Shown here: in pieces, positions 28,583 to 37,726 of the stretch | How the letters are laid out: each line of letters opens with the position of its first letter | Numbering within the stretch: the stretch's first letter is position 1 | Source of the DNA: Abditibacterium sp. | GTDB lineage: Bacteria > Armatimonadota > Abditibacteriia > Abditibacteriales > Abditibacteriaceae | Length of the DNA: 64,000 nucleotides | Reading direction: 5' to 3' | Assembly: GCA_965199495.1 (NCBI GenBank) | Contig: CBDASK010000003.1 | Coordinates: forward strand, 1,056,001 to 1,120,000 | The notes under the pieces: model-generated | The model's database searches: none | The model's input: only the letters and a program-made list of their open reading frames with translations | What the model was told of the DNA's origin: nothing | Position numbers and translations under genes: made by a program

Positions 28583-29422
28583 ATGTTCATTCGCAAATCT
28601 TCCTCTTTGTCGTTGTGCGCCGTGGCTGCTATGGCAGCCACGGCGCATGCGCAAACCGTAAATTATCCGGTCGCAAATGGCGTCACCTTAAAAGCTCGCG
28701 CTTACACCGACTATTCTGGGCCGCTCAAATACGCCTCGCGCTACGATTTGGCGATTGCCGGCACGCCCAAAGACGGCACAAAATGGGATTTCACGCTGCC
28801 TGTTGAGCCAGAGTATCATTACACCGGCGGCATTTTCAATGAGGCTTCCCCGACGACTTACAACAACAAACCGACCGCGATTCTGCGCGCGACGCTTCAT
28901 CAATACCAAATTTATGACGAGCGAGTCACTTTCAAAAATTTGGATTTAGCGCCAGTCGCCGCCAAAGGTTCGATGTTCGATTTCGGTTCGCAAGTTACGC
29001 CGCGCGCTTTGTCGCTGAAGGAGCCAGTCACTTTGACGACACCGAGCGGCATCTCGGTCACTTTGCCCGCGCAAGATGCGACAACGTTATTTGAAGTTTT
29101 CAGCAACTTTAACGGCAACGCCAACGCGCTATTCATGAAAATAAACGTTTCGCCCGACGAGCGCGCAGTGACGTTGCCCGCTTCGCCGCTCTACAAAAAA
29201 TACGGTAAACCCGTTACCATCCAATTGAAAACGCCAGCACCAAATTCGATGATATGGGACAGTGCCGATAACACGTTCAAAACATTTGCCATCTATTTAC
29301 CGAACTTGAAAACGTTAAAACATCTCGATTCGCTAACGCTCGTTTTGCGCCAACGTGTCGAATTGCAAACGATTCCCGTTGCCATCGAAGTTCCCGTCGA
29401 GCGTCTGGTCAAAAATAAGTAG
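28583..29422 (+). CDS. Hypothetical secreted protein
   Basis: Signal peptide ending AHA-Q; beta-rich 279 aa. Confidence 0.75.
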   Translation: MFIRKSSSLSLCAVAAMAATAHAQTVNYPVANGVTLKARAYTDYSGPLKYASRYDLAIAGTPKDGTKWDFTLPVEPEYHYTGGIFNEASPTTYNNKPTAILRATLHQYQIYDERVTFKNLDLAPVAAKGSMFDFGSQVTPRALSLKEPVTLTTPSGISVTLPAQDATTLFEVFSNFNGNANALFMKINVSPDERAVTLPASPLYKKYGKPVTIQLKTPAPNSMIWDSADNTFKTFAIYLPNLKTLKHLDSLTLVLRQRVELQTIPVAIEVPVERLVKNK

Positions 29423-29465
29423 CATTTGTTACACTGGGCGCGTTTAATTTCAACAAACATTCATT

Positions 29466-29816
29466 ATGGCTATGACTTTAGAATACGGGAAATGCGCTTC
29501 GTGCGGGCGCGAAAATCCCAAAGCTATCGAACAGTGTCGCGGTTGTAACGCGGTTTTGCCGTGGGTCAAAGGCGCCGCGCCCAAGGCAGCCACGGCGGGC
29601 AACCATTCCTCTGGCAATGCTAAACCCAAAGTCGGTTTGGGCGACATCGCGTGGGGCGGCATGGCCGTGGCTTTGGGCGGCGGCGCGATTTTCGTGTTGG
29701 GAATCGTGCTGTGGTGCGGCAACGTCTTCGGATTTCTGCCGACCGTGCCGGGCGCGGGTTACATCACGATGGCAATCGGTGGCGCGATTTGGCGTTTCGG
29801 CAGTTCGATGGAATAA
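29466..29816 (+). CDS. Small zinc-ribbon membrane protein
   Basis: CASC...CRGC plus two C-terminal TM helices. Confidence 0.75.
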   Translation: MAMTLEYGKCASCGRENPKAIEQCRGCNAVLPWVKGAAPKAATAGNHSSGNAKPKVGLGDIAWGGMAVALGGGAIFVLGIVLWCGNVFGFLPTVPGAGYITMAIGGAIWRFGSSME

Positions 29817-29830
29817 TTCTTCGCCGCGAA

Positions 29831-29868
29831 AAAAGCGCGCAACCCAACGGTTGCGCGCTTTTGTTTTT
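29831..29868. terminator. Intrinsic terminator between convergent genes
   Basis: AAAAGCGCGCAACC-CAAC-GGTTGCGCGCTTTT. Confidence 0.75.
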
Positions 29869-29996
29869 GTCCAAATGCGGGCGCCGTGGCTACCGTTGAG
29901 GCCAGACAAATCGCCAGTAAAGCGGCGCGTTAAAAATGAAATTTTATGCAAGCTGAATTTGCCACGTTAAACCCGCCCGCTTTGGCCAAATGTCGC

Positions 29997-30986
29997 TTAC
30001 AACTTCCATTTCAATAATTTCGCTTGCTGTTCATTGACCAACTGCACATGACCATTAACTAAACAGACAATCGCATAACCATGATGCCGAAAGTCTAAAT
30101 TTTGGTTGCTGCCTTCATAAAACAACACTAACTTGTCGGTTTCGACGTTCCATGCCGCGCGATTTGTTTTGTCGCTAAATTCCAATATAATGGGATCGGA
30201 ATGCGCTATGCCGTCCGAGTCAATGTAATTCGTCGGTTCGCGCTCAAGTTTCGACCAGGCGACGCCGGTTACATTATCGTTGAGCGCGAAACTCACATCT
30301 TTATCTGACGCACAATGAAAAACCGCTTCAGCTTTGATGTAAGGCATCAATTTATCTTTAAATGTTGCAACCGTCAACTCCACTTTGCCCTGCTCCTCAT
30401 CTTCATAATCCTGCTGATATAGGAGCCAACCCAAACCGATGGCTTTGGCATTAGTCAGGCAAATGTCAGTCGCTTTGCGGCTCAAAACCGCATCGGGATG
30501 GGCGACGGCAGTCGCCAGATTGAGCAGAAACCCGACTTTTTTGTTGCTGAAAAATAGCGCGGCTTCATCCGGCACAATTTTCCAGCGGTTGCCCTCGCGC
30601 CGCAATTGCAACGTCTCTGGTTGAGTCAAAGTGCCGAATAAGCCGTCTCGGAGTTCAAGTTGCGCGGTAACGGTGGCTTCATCGCCCTTGATTTCGGTGT
30701 GCAAATCGTGGAGCGTGAGCAAGACGTTTGGGTTGGCGGCTTTAAATTCCTGATTCAATTGCGCCAACGGCTCCCCGTTTTGCGCGCCAACAACCCACTG
30801 CGCCATCCCGATGAGATTGCCCGCGCTATAATCATAAGCCAACGATTTTACGGCGATTTCCGGTGGCAGTTTGATAATTGGTGGCGCGCCTGCCACGGGG
30901 AATTTCACGACGGGCGCCGGTGCGTCCGCAGCAGCCACGCGCGCGCCTAACGCCAACGGGATCAGAAATAACCAATGATTTTTCAT
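29997..30986 (-). CDS. Secreted protein with a DUF1559-like C-terminal half
   Basis: Signal peptide; CLTNAKAIGLGWLLYQQDYED, PYIK..VFHC and FRHHGYAIVCLVNGHV resemble DUF1559/H-X9-DG. Confidence 0.7.
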   Translation of the reverse strand: MKNHWLFLIPLALGARVAAADAPAPVVKFPVAGAPPIIKLPPEIAVKSLAYDYSAGNLIGMAQWVVGAQNGEPLAQLNQEFKAANPNVLLTLHDLHTEIKGDEATVTAQLELRDGLFGTLTQPETLQLRREGNRWKIVPDEAALFFSNKKVGFLLNLATAVAHPDAVLSRKATDICLTNAKAIGLGWLLYQQDYEDEEQGKVELTVATFKDKLMPYIKAEAVFHCASDKDVSFALNDNVTGVAWSKLEREPTNYIDSDGIAHSDPIILEFSDKTNRAAWNVETDKLVLFYEGSNQNLDFRHHGYAIVCLVNGHVQLVNEQQAKLLKWKL

Positions 30987-31010
30987 GTTTGTTCGCTTTC
31001 ATTGACGCTT

Positions 31011-31964
31011 TCATTCCACGTTAAATCTGCCCGCTTTAGCTAAATCTTCTTTGAGTTTAAAGACCGCCAAATCTTTCGATTTCGCTTCGACCATCACGTC
31101 GAATTCGCGGCAATTATCTAAAACTTCGCGCGCGAATGGAATGAAAACTTCTTCATCAATGTAATCGGCGTGTTGCGTCGGCAACGCCGCGCACTCGAAC
31201 GCTTTTTTCTTGCCGGTTTCTTTGTCCACGCGCATCACAGTGCGGTTTTCCTGGCGCGGCGACGAAAAATGAATTTTGGGCCGACAATCGGTGGGCCAGG
31301 TTTGCAAACTCGCGCAACACGCCGCTTCGGGCGTGGTGCCGTCGGGATTGCAGCAGTTGTGATGTTGATGATCGAAAATCAAGCGGATGCCGCAACCCTC
31401 GTGAATTTTCAGGGTGTCGCGCACGCCATACGATTTGTCATCGTTTTCCAACACCAATCGGCGCCGCGCCGGTTCGCCCAACTTTTTGTGATTTTCGATG
31501 AAACGCGCAATCGAAGCGTCGGGATCGCCGTAAACGCCGCCGACGTGGGTCACGATAACGGCCTCGTCGTTCATGCCCATAATATCCAAAATTTCGGCTT
31601 GCGCGGCGAAATCGCGTATCGAAGTTTCGACCAACTTTTCACTCGGCGCATTCAGAATAATATATTGCGACGGATGAAAACTCAAGCGCAAATTCATCGC
31701 GCGCGCCCGCGCGCCCAATTCTTCCAATTCGCTGCGACATTTCACCAGTTGATTGTGAAATTGCGGCATATCGGGATGCGTCAGATAGGGCGCGAAATCG
31801 CTGGAAAAGCGATACATCGAGATGCCGACTTCGCCCAAATAATCGAAAACGCCGTGCGCATATTTGATGCTTTCGCGCAAATGCGGGTTGGACGCGTGAC
31901 GGCGGGCATCGTGACTTTTCACGTCGTCTTTGCCCAGAACTTTAACTGCAAAACCTATACGCAT
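31011..31964 (-). CDS. uvsE: UV DNA damage repair endonuclease UvsE
   Basis: YRFSS, RLSFHPSQY, HVGG, LENDD, FDHQHH, PKIHFSS and MVEAKSKD motifs. Confidence 0.93.
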   Translation of the reverse strand: MRIGFAVKVLGKDDVKSHDARRHASNPHLRESIKYAHGVFDYLGEVGISMYRFSSDFAPYLTHPDMPQFHNQLVKCRSELEELGARARAMNLRLSFHPSQYIILNAPSEKLVETSIRDFAAQAEILDIMGMNDEAVIVTHVGGVYGDPDASIARFIENHKKLGEPARRRLVLENDDKSYGVRDTLKIHEGCGIRLIFDHQHHNCCNPDGTTPEAACCASLQTWPTDCRPKIHFSSPRQENRTVMRVDKETGKKKAFECAALPTQHADYIDEEVFIPFAREVLDNCREFDVMVEAKSKDLAVFKLKEDLAKAGRFNVE

Positions 31965-31971
31965 GATGAAA

Positions 31972-32652
31972 CTAAATCCATTCCAATTCGCCCGCGACAA
32001 CTAACTTCGGCCCATCGGCGGTTTTCAAACGCAATTGCCCGTCGCTTTCGATGCCGTCTACGACGCCCAAAACGCCGTTGGAACGGGCGATTTCGCCGAT
32101 GCCCCACATTCGATGTTCGTAAGCGGCGCGCCAATCGGTCTGTTCAAACGTCGTTTCGAGCGAACTCAAAATCGCGTCGAGCAGAGTTGGAATTGGAAAG
32201 GATTTTCCGCTTTCCAAAAGCAAAGACGAGGCCGGAAATATCGGGCGATCAGGCAAATCTTCGCGCGCGTGCGTCACGTTCAAACCAACGCCGACGATTA
32301 AACGGTCGTCGCGCGTTTCGCATAAAATGCCGCCGATTTTTCGGGAATGGCACAAAAGGTCGTTGGGCCATTTGCACGCGAGTGGCAATTCGCAAACCTG
32401 TTCGATAGCAGCAGAGGCGCCGAGTCCGGCCAGTAACGCGAAGCGCGCGGGATTGGGTTCGTTGGGCCGAAGTACAAGGGAAAAATATAAACCCTTGCCC
32501 GCCGGACTTTCCCAATTGCGGCCCAATCGCCCGCGCCCCACCGTTTGTGCATCGGCCCAAACCAAAGCGCCCGATGGCGCGTCCGCCCATTCGAGCGCGG
32601 CGCGGTTAGTCGAGTCAATTGCGGCGAAATGTTGGCGGGGTTGTCCGAGCAT
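31972..32652 (-). CDS. birA: Biotin--[acetyl-CoA carboxylase] ligase (no HTH domain)
   Basis: DSTN, QTVGRGRLGRNWES, KWPND, KIGGILCE. Confidence 0.92.
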   Translation of the reverse strand: MLGQPRQHFAAIDSTNRAALEWADAPSGALVWADAQTVGRGRLGRNWESPAGKGLYFSLVLRPNEPNPARFALLAGLGASAAIEQVCELPLACKWPNDLLCHSRKIGGILCETRDDRLIVGVGLNVTHAREDLPDRPIFPASSLLLESGKSFPIPTLLDAILSSLETTFEQTDWRAAYEHRMWGIGEIARSNGVLGVVDGIESDGQLRLKTADGPKLVVAGELEWI

Positions 32653-32680
32653 AATTTTTGGGCGAATGAATTCGCCGCTA

Positions 32681-33514
32681 CTAAATTTCGATGTCCAAAC
32701 CAATATCCAATGAGCGCACGCCGTGCGTCAAAGCGCCCACCGAAATTAAATTGACGCCGGTTTTGGCGATGCCCGCGACAGTCTCCAAATTCACGCCGCC
32801 CGACGCTTCGGACAACGCGATGCTGTCTATTAAAGCGACGGCATCGCGTAACTGTTGATTAGTCATGTTATCGAGCAGAATAATATCAGCATGAGCAGCC
32901 ACGGCCTCTTCGACCTGCTTGAGGTTGTCGCATTCGACCTCGATTTTGACCGCGTGCCCGACACGTTTGCGCGCCCGCTCGACCGCTTGCGAAATGCCGC
33001 CACACAGCGCGATATGATTGTCTTTGATCAAAATCATATCATCGAGCGCATAACGATGATTGGCGCCGCCGCCCATGCGCACGGCGTATTTTTCGGCCAA
33101 ACGCAGACCCGGCGTCGTCTTGCGCGTATCGGCGACACGGGCGCGTGTGCCTTGAGTTAAAGCGACATATTGTGCGGTTAAAGTGGCGATTGCGCTCAAA
33201 CGCTGCGCGAAATTCAGCGCGACGCGTTCGGCGCTGAGTAGCGCGCGCGCGTTGCATTCGATACGCATTATCGTCGCGCCTCTGGCGGCGTGGCTGCCAT
33301 CGGGCGCCAGAATTTCGAGTTTGGCGTTGGGATCAAGCGCACGAAACGCGAGTTGCGCGAGGGGCATTCCGCACACGATGCCATCGGCGCGAAAATTCAT
33401 CTGCGCCGTGCCGCGCGCGTCGGCGGGAATCAGCGCTTCGGTGGTCAAATCGCCCGAACGCAAATCTTCGCGTAGCGCGGCTTCGACGAGCGGTTGAAAT
33501 AAAAATTGATTCAT
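32681..33514 (-). CDS. nadC: Nicotinate-nucleotide diphosphorylase (carboxylating)
   Basis: DTRKTTPG, NHR, LIKDNH, IEVE, LLDNM, EASGG. Confidence 0.96.
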   Translation of the reverse strand: MNQFLFQPLVEAALREDLRSGDLTTEALIPADARGTAQMNFRADGIVCGMPLAQLAFRALDPNAKLEILAPDGSHAARGATIMRIECNARALLSAERVALNFAQRLSAIATLTAQYVALTQGTRARVADTRKTTPGLRLAEKYAVRMGGGANHRYALDDMILIKDNHIALCGGISQAVERARKRVGHAVKIEVECDNLKQVEEAVAAHADIILLDNMTNQQLRDAVALIDSIALSEASGGVNLETVAGIAKTGVNLISVGALTHGVRSLDIGLDIEI

Positions 33515-33534
33515 AAATAATGGTCAACGCTTCC

Positions 33535-33627
33535 GTAGAGACGCCGATTTAGCGCGTCTAAAACGTCAGATTTGCCGTTACGTTGAGGCAACTCGAACAT
33601 TTAGACGCGATAAATCGGCGTCTTTAC
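33535..33627. repeat. REPIN-like inverted repeat, GTAG family A
   Basis: GTAGAGACGCCGATTTAGCGCGTCTAAA...TTTAGACGCGATAAATCGGCGTCTTTAC; matches 12-103. Confidence 0.88.
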
Positions 33628-33633
33628 GGGCAT

Positions 33634-34176
33634 TCAAATCGAAATAAAACGCGGCGGCACTTCTTCGACCAGCCACACGCCGTTTTCGGACTTGTAAAAC
33701 TCAAAGCCCGCCGCGTTCATGCCGAGCGCGTCAATGCTCAAAACCAAGGGCTTGCCGTGACGCGAACCGACCTGAACCGCCACTTCGGTTTGGCGCGATA
33801 GATGAACGTGATGGCGGCGTCCTTTCAAAATGCCTTGCTCCATTATCGCCTCTCGGTTTTTCTCGGCGGTGCCGTGATACAAAATATCGGGCGGCGTTTG
33901 AACTTGCAGTTGCAGATCAACTTCGACGCTATGGCCTTGATTAGCGCGGATTTTCCGGCCCGTATGGTCGAACGCAAAACGCTGTTTATCGTTGTCTTTG
34001 ACGACTTCTTGCAATTGCGAAAACGTCAGCGACATATGATTGTCGTTGGCGGCCTTGAGTAAATCGGCGACTGTCACCCAGCCGCCTTCTTCGAGAACCA
34101 AACCGACTTTTTGGGGCGAGTGACGCAGATGTTTGGACATCCATTTGGATTTGGTTTTAATTGTTTCGGGTGTCAT
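33634..34176 (-). CDS. kptA: RNA 2'-phosphotransferase (Tpt1/KptA)
   Basis: LRH, KQRF, IRANQGHS, LYHGT and RHHVHLS motifs. Confidence 0.95.
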   Translation of the reverse strand: MTPETIKTKSKWMSKHLRHSPQKVGLVLEEGGWVTVADLLKAANDNHMSLTFSQLQEVVKDNDKQRFAFDHTGRKIRANQGHSVEVDLQLQVQTPPDILYHGTAEKNREAIMEQGILKGRRHHVHLSRQTEVAVQVGSRHGKPLVLSIDALGMNAAGFEFYKSENGVWLVEEVPPRFISI

Positions 34177-34199
34177 TGCTGGGCGATAGTTTATAGATT

Positions 34200-34349
34200 T
34201 TTAGCCACAGAAGACACAGAGAACGCCCAGAAAAACCCAGAGAGGAACGAAGAGAACAGAAAATAAAGGTTTTATTCGATGCAGATTTTTTGCTTGCTCT
34301 GTTCCTCTCTGAGTTTTTCTGGGCGTTCTCTGTGTCTTCTGTGGCTAAA
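34200..34349. repeat. Purine/pyrimidine-arm long palindrome (family C)
   Basis: TTTAGCCACAGAAGACACAGAGAACGCCCAGAAAAAC... / ...GTTTTTCTGGGCGTTCTCTGTGTCTTCTGTGGCTAAA. Confidence 0.9.
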
Positions 34350-35091
34350 TATTCAATCGCTTAAACAGAAAGCCCGGAATAATTTTGATAATTCCCATGA
34401 TAATGCGCCACGGTGCGGGCGTATAAACCACGTCGGCGCCGCGCCGCAAGCCGCGATAAATATCGCTGGCGACTTTGGCGGGCGAAGCCAATAACGGCAG
34501 TTTGTCCATGCCGAACGTCATGCCGGTATCAACCGGGCCGGGTTTAATCGTCGTCACGCTCACTCCAGCGGGAAACAAGCGCGCGCGCAAGCCTTCGCTA
34601 TAAGTCGAAAGCCCGGCTTTGGCGCTGCAATACAGATAATTGGTGCGCCGTCCCCGGTCGCCCGCGACGCTGGAAAGCACGCCGATAAAACCGCGTTCGC
34701 GCTTTTCAAATGTATCGGCGACCAGATTTAACAACGAGACATTGGCGTTGAAATTGACTTCGAGCATCGGGCCGCATTTGTCCCAATCCCCGCGCGCTTT
34801 TTCTTCGTCGGGCAAAATCCCGAAGCAGACGACGACACCAGCCACGTCGCCGCACGATTCCCAAAATTGCGCGTGCGAAGCGTAATCGAGCGCGTGAAAC
34901 TCGCGCGTTTCGACGTTCGCGCCGCGAATACGCGCGTCGGCGGCGATGCGACCCAGCTCGTCGGCGTCGCGGGCGGCCAATATCAAATTGAAGCCGTGGC
35001 GTGCGAATTCGCGGGCGAGTTCGATAGCGATGCCGGATGTTGCGCCCACGATAAGAACGCGCGCGCCGGGGCCAAAAGTTTTGTGGGACAT
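34345..35091 (-). CDS. SDR oxidoreductase, DprE2-like
   Basis: GATSGIA, SSVAGDRGRRTNYLYCSAK (YxxxK); adjacent to a DprE1-like gene. Confidence 0.85.
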   Translation of the reverse strand: MSHKTFGPGARVLIVGATSGIAIELAREFARHGFNLILAARDADELGRIAADARIRGANVETREFHALDYASHAQFWESCGDVAGVVVCFGILPDEEKARGDWDKCGPMLEVNFNANVSLLNLVADTFEKRERGFIGVLSSVAGDRGRRTNYLYCSAKAGLSTYSEGLRARLFPAGVSVTTIKPGPVDTGMTFGMDKLPLLASPAKVASDIYRGLRRGADVVYTPAPWRIIMGIIKIIPGFLFKRLNI

Positions 35092-35102
35092 GATAATTTC
35101 TT

Positions 35103-35247
35103 TAGCCACAGAGAACACGGAGGACGCACAGAGAGAAAGAGGAAATTGAAACCTCGAATTCGATGCCAGGTGCTTTGTGCTTTTACTTCTTAGTTTCTTC
35201 GTGCTCTCTGTATTTCTCTGTGCGTCCTCCGTGTTCTCTGTGGCTGA
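35103..35247. repeat. Purine/pyrimidine-arm long palindrome (family C)
   Basis: AGCCACAGAGAACACGGAGGACGCACAGAGA... / ...TCTCTGTGCGTCCTCCGTGTTCTCTGTGGCT. Confidence 0.9.
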
Positions 35248-35250
35248 TTT

Positions 35251-36606
35251 TCAAACGCCGATTTTCAAGCGACGGCTGAGCGACGAAGCAAACCTGTCAT
35301 CGGGATCGAGTTGGCGCTTGACTTTTTCCAGTTCGCCCGCGCGCGGATACATCTGGCGAAAGTGGGCGGGCGACGTGGCTGCATCTTTGGCCAGATAAAC
35401 TCGCCCACCCGCCGCAACGCTAATCTCGTTCAATTTCTCATAGAAATCGAGCGTGCCTTCGGTCATCGGAATATCGAGCGCCAAACAATAACCGTCGAGA
35501 GCGAAATCGAGTGGCGCATTATCCGAAGCGCCCATGCGCTTCAATACCGCCAAAAACGCCGCCTGCCCCGACGCTGCAATCGTCTCCAACAGATATTTTA
35601 AATTCACCTCGACATTATCAAGGGGCACGACGCACTGGTATTGCACAAATCCGCGCGAACCATAGATTTTGTTCCAGTTTTCTATTTTATCGAGCGGATA
35701 AAAGAACGTCTCAATTGAAGTCAATTTATTTTCTGTCGGATGATTGGCGTAATACAAATCGTTGAATTTTTTGACCGTCCACGGATTGAGAACGAAATCG
35801 GGTAAATCCATTGGGACGCCCTTTTTCTTCGGCGTTTCGAGCGCCATTACGTCGCCTTTAATCTCGCGCAAAGCGCGCTCGCCACTCGCGTGCGCGCCTT
35901 CGATGACGACGCTGCGGCCTAAATCGGTGCCCGATGAAAGACAATCAATCCACGCGACAATATATTCGCTGTCTGCACCTTTCTCGAACGCCGCCAGCGT
36001 CTCAGATAAATTGGCAGTGCGCGTAGTTTTGGTTTCGATGGTGGCGCTTTCAATCGGCATCAAACGCATCTTCGCGCTGATAATAATTCCGGTCAAACCC
36101 ATGCCGCCCAGCGTCGCCCAGAAAACATCCGAGTTTTCGTCGCGCGAACAAATCAGCGTTTTGCCGCTGGCCGTTAGCAATTCGATTTCTTCGATAAATT
36201 GGGAAAGCGCGCCGACGCGGTGATGATTTTTGCCGTGAACGTTGCAGGCGATGGCACCGCCCAGCGTGACATATTTGGTGCCGGGCGCAACGCTGAGGAA
36301 GTAGCCACGCGGCACGAACGTTTCGATAATATCGGCGAAACTGGCGCCGCCTTCGGCGTGCAAGACGCCGGTTTGCGAGTCGAAATCTAAAAAGCAATTG
36401 AGCTTTTCGGCTATAATTACGCCCGAACCTTGATTGACGGCGGCATCGCCATACGAGCGACCCAACCCACGCGCGATCACGTCAACGACGGCGTGGCTGC
36501 TGACGGCTTCTAACAATTCGCGGCGCTTTTCGGGGCGCGTCACCTGACAAGTTTGGACGGGAAAGCGGCCCCAGCCCGATAATTCGCGGGAAATAAATTC
36601 TGGCAT
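35251..36606 (-). CDS. FAD-binding oxidoreductase, DprE1-like
   Basis: GWGR, ARGLGRSYGDAA, PGTKYVTLGGAIACNVHGKNHH, GGRVYLAKD. Confidence 0.9.
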   Translation of the reverse strand: MPEFISRELSGWGRFPVQTCQVTRPEKRRELLEAVSSHAVVDVIARGLGRSYGDAAVNQGSGVIIAEKLNCFLDFDSQTGVLHAEGGASFADIIETFVPRGYFLSVAPGTKYVTLGGAIACNVHGKNHHRVGALSQFIEEIELLTASGKTLICSRDENSDVFWATLGGMGLTGIIISAKMRLMPIESATIETKTTRTANLSETLAAFEKGADSEYIVAWIDCLSSGTDLGRSVVIEGAHASGERALREIKGDVMALETPKKKGVPMDLPDFVLNPWTVKKFNDLYYANHPTENKLTSIETFFYPLDKIENWNKIYGSRGFVQYQCVVPLDNVEVNLKYLLETIAASGQAAFLAVLKRMGASDNAPLDFALDGYCLALDIPMTEGTLDFYEKLNEISVAAGGRVYLAKDAATSPAHFRQMYPRAGELEKVKRQLDPDDRFASSLSRRLKIGV

Positions 36607-36636
36607 TTGGGAAGAGTATGCGAAAAATTCGTTTGT

Positions 36637-36736
36637 CAGCCACGAAAAGGCGCAAAAGAAACAAAAAGTTTGGATGCACCTGCCAAAGCTGAGTGCATCC
36701 AAACTTTTTGTTTCTTTTGCGCCTTTTCGTGGCTAA
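36637..36736. repeat. Purine/pyrimidine-arm long palindrome (family C)
   Basis: AGCCACGAAAAGGCGCAAAAGAAACAAAAAGTTTGGATGCAC / GTGCATCCAAACTTTTTGTTTCTTTTGCGCCTTTTCGTGGCT, perfect arms. Confidence 0.92.
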
Positions 36737-36744
36737 ACCCAGAT

Positions 36745-37140
36745 TTATTCCGTAGCGCCATCTTTCCCGGTCAGGCGATTCCACAACAGGTAGTCCACCT
36801 CTTTTTTCGGCACAATATAATCTTTTTCGCCCACGGTTTCATCGGAAACGGCAGAATATTCGCCTTTGTCAGGATTCATCAAATCGAGATAAGTCGCGCC
36901 CTGATCTAAGCGCGTTCCGGCGGGCAGAATCGGGATGTTCTTCAAATCGGCGTTACCGAGTTGCGGAAATTTACCGTGCAATTCCTTGAATTCGTAAGCC
37001 GAAGGCGCCTCTTTTTCGTTTTGCGCCGAAGCGGCGCCGTCGTTTTCTCCGGCGAATTCGTCGGGACGCAGGTCTTTATCGAAGCCGTCTCGGTCGAGGT
37101 CTTCGAGTAGCGGATCGTTTTGGTTAATTGTGTCTGACAT
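36745..37140 (-). CDS. Hypothetical acidic protein
   Basis: 131-aa ORF; GTRLDQGATYLDL and VPKKEVDYLLWNRL look like conserved segments. Confidence 0.75.
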   Translation of the reverse strand: MSDTINQNDPLLEDLDRDGFDKDLRPDEFAGENDGAASAQNEKEAPSAYEFKELHGKFPQLGNADLKNIPILPAGTRLDQGATYLDLMNPDKGEYSAVSDETVGEKDYIVPKKEVDYLLWNRLTGKDGATE

Positions 37141-37216
37141 AATTTTAATGCTCAGGGCAAATGTGCCTTGATAAAGAAGGTTTGCAAATGGGGCGCCGCG
37201 CTACACCAGACGGAAT

Positions 37217-37726
37217 TTAAGCGACTTGCAGTTCGCGGATGGGTGCGTCCAACTCGGATAGACGCGTTTCCAATTTGACGCGCAGGTTGGCGCTCAAAAC
37301 ATCGCCGCTCTCGTTTAACATCTGCCGCATATTAGCCGGATTGTTCATCAGACGCAACAGTTTCGAGGGCGCGACATCGGCGAGGGCACCGCCTTCGTAA
37401 CGATGCACGGTGATTTCGCCCAAACCCAGCAATAGCGCCAGATTCTTTTGCGACAGACCATACTTTTCGCGCAAAGTCACGATTTCCGCAGGAAAAACGA
37501 TATTGTGGCGCGCGCGATAAACATCGTAAATAGCGATGTCGAGCGCGGTATCGAGCGCGGTGTCGTTAATAAGTGATTGGCAAATCGCGCAGATTCTCAC
37601 CGGCATTTCGACGGTAATTTCTTCACCGCGCACTTGACCAATATGGGCGCGCGTTTCGCTGAGCGTTTCGCTCTCATCCAAAGTTGTGTCACACGTTTCG
37701 CAGTAAAAGAATGGTTGGGATTGCAT
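37217..37726 (-). CDS. mqsA: MqsA-family antitoxin (zinc finger plus XRE HTH)
   Basis: CETC...CAIC; LREKYGLSQKNLALLLGLGEITVHRYEGG HTH. Confidence 0.85.
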   Translation of the reverse strand: MQSQPFFYCETCDTTLDESETLSETRAHIGQVRGEEITVEMPVRICAICQSLINDTALDTALDIAIYDVYRARHNIVFPAEIVTLREKYGLSQKNLALLLGLGEITVHRYEGGALADVAPSKLLRLMNNPANMRQMLNESGDVLSANLRVKLETRLSELDAPIRELQVA

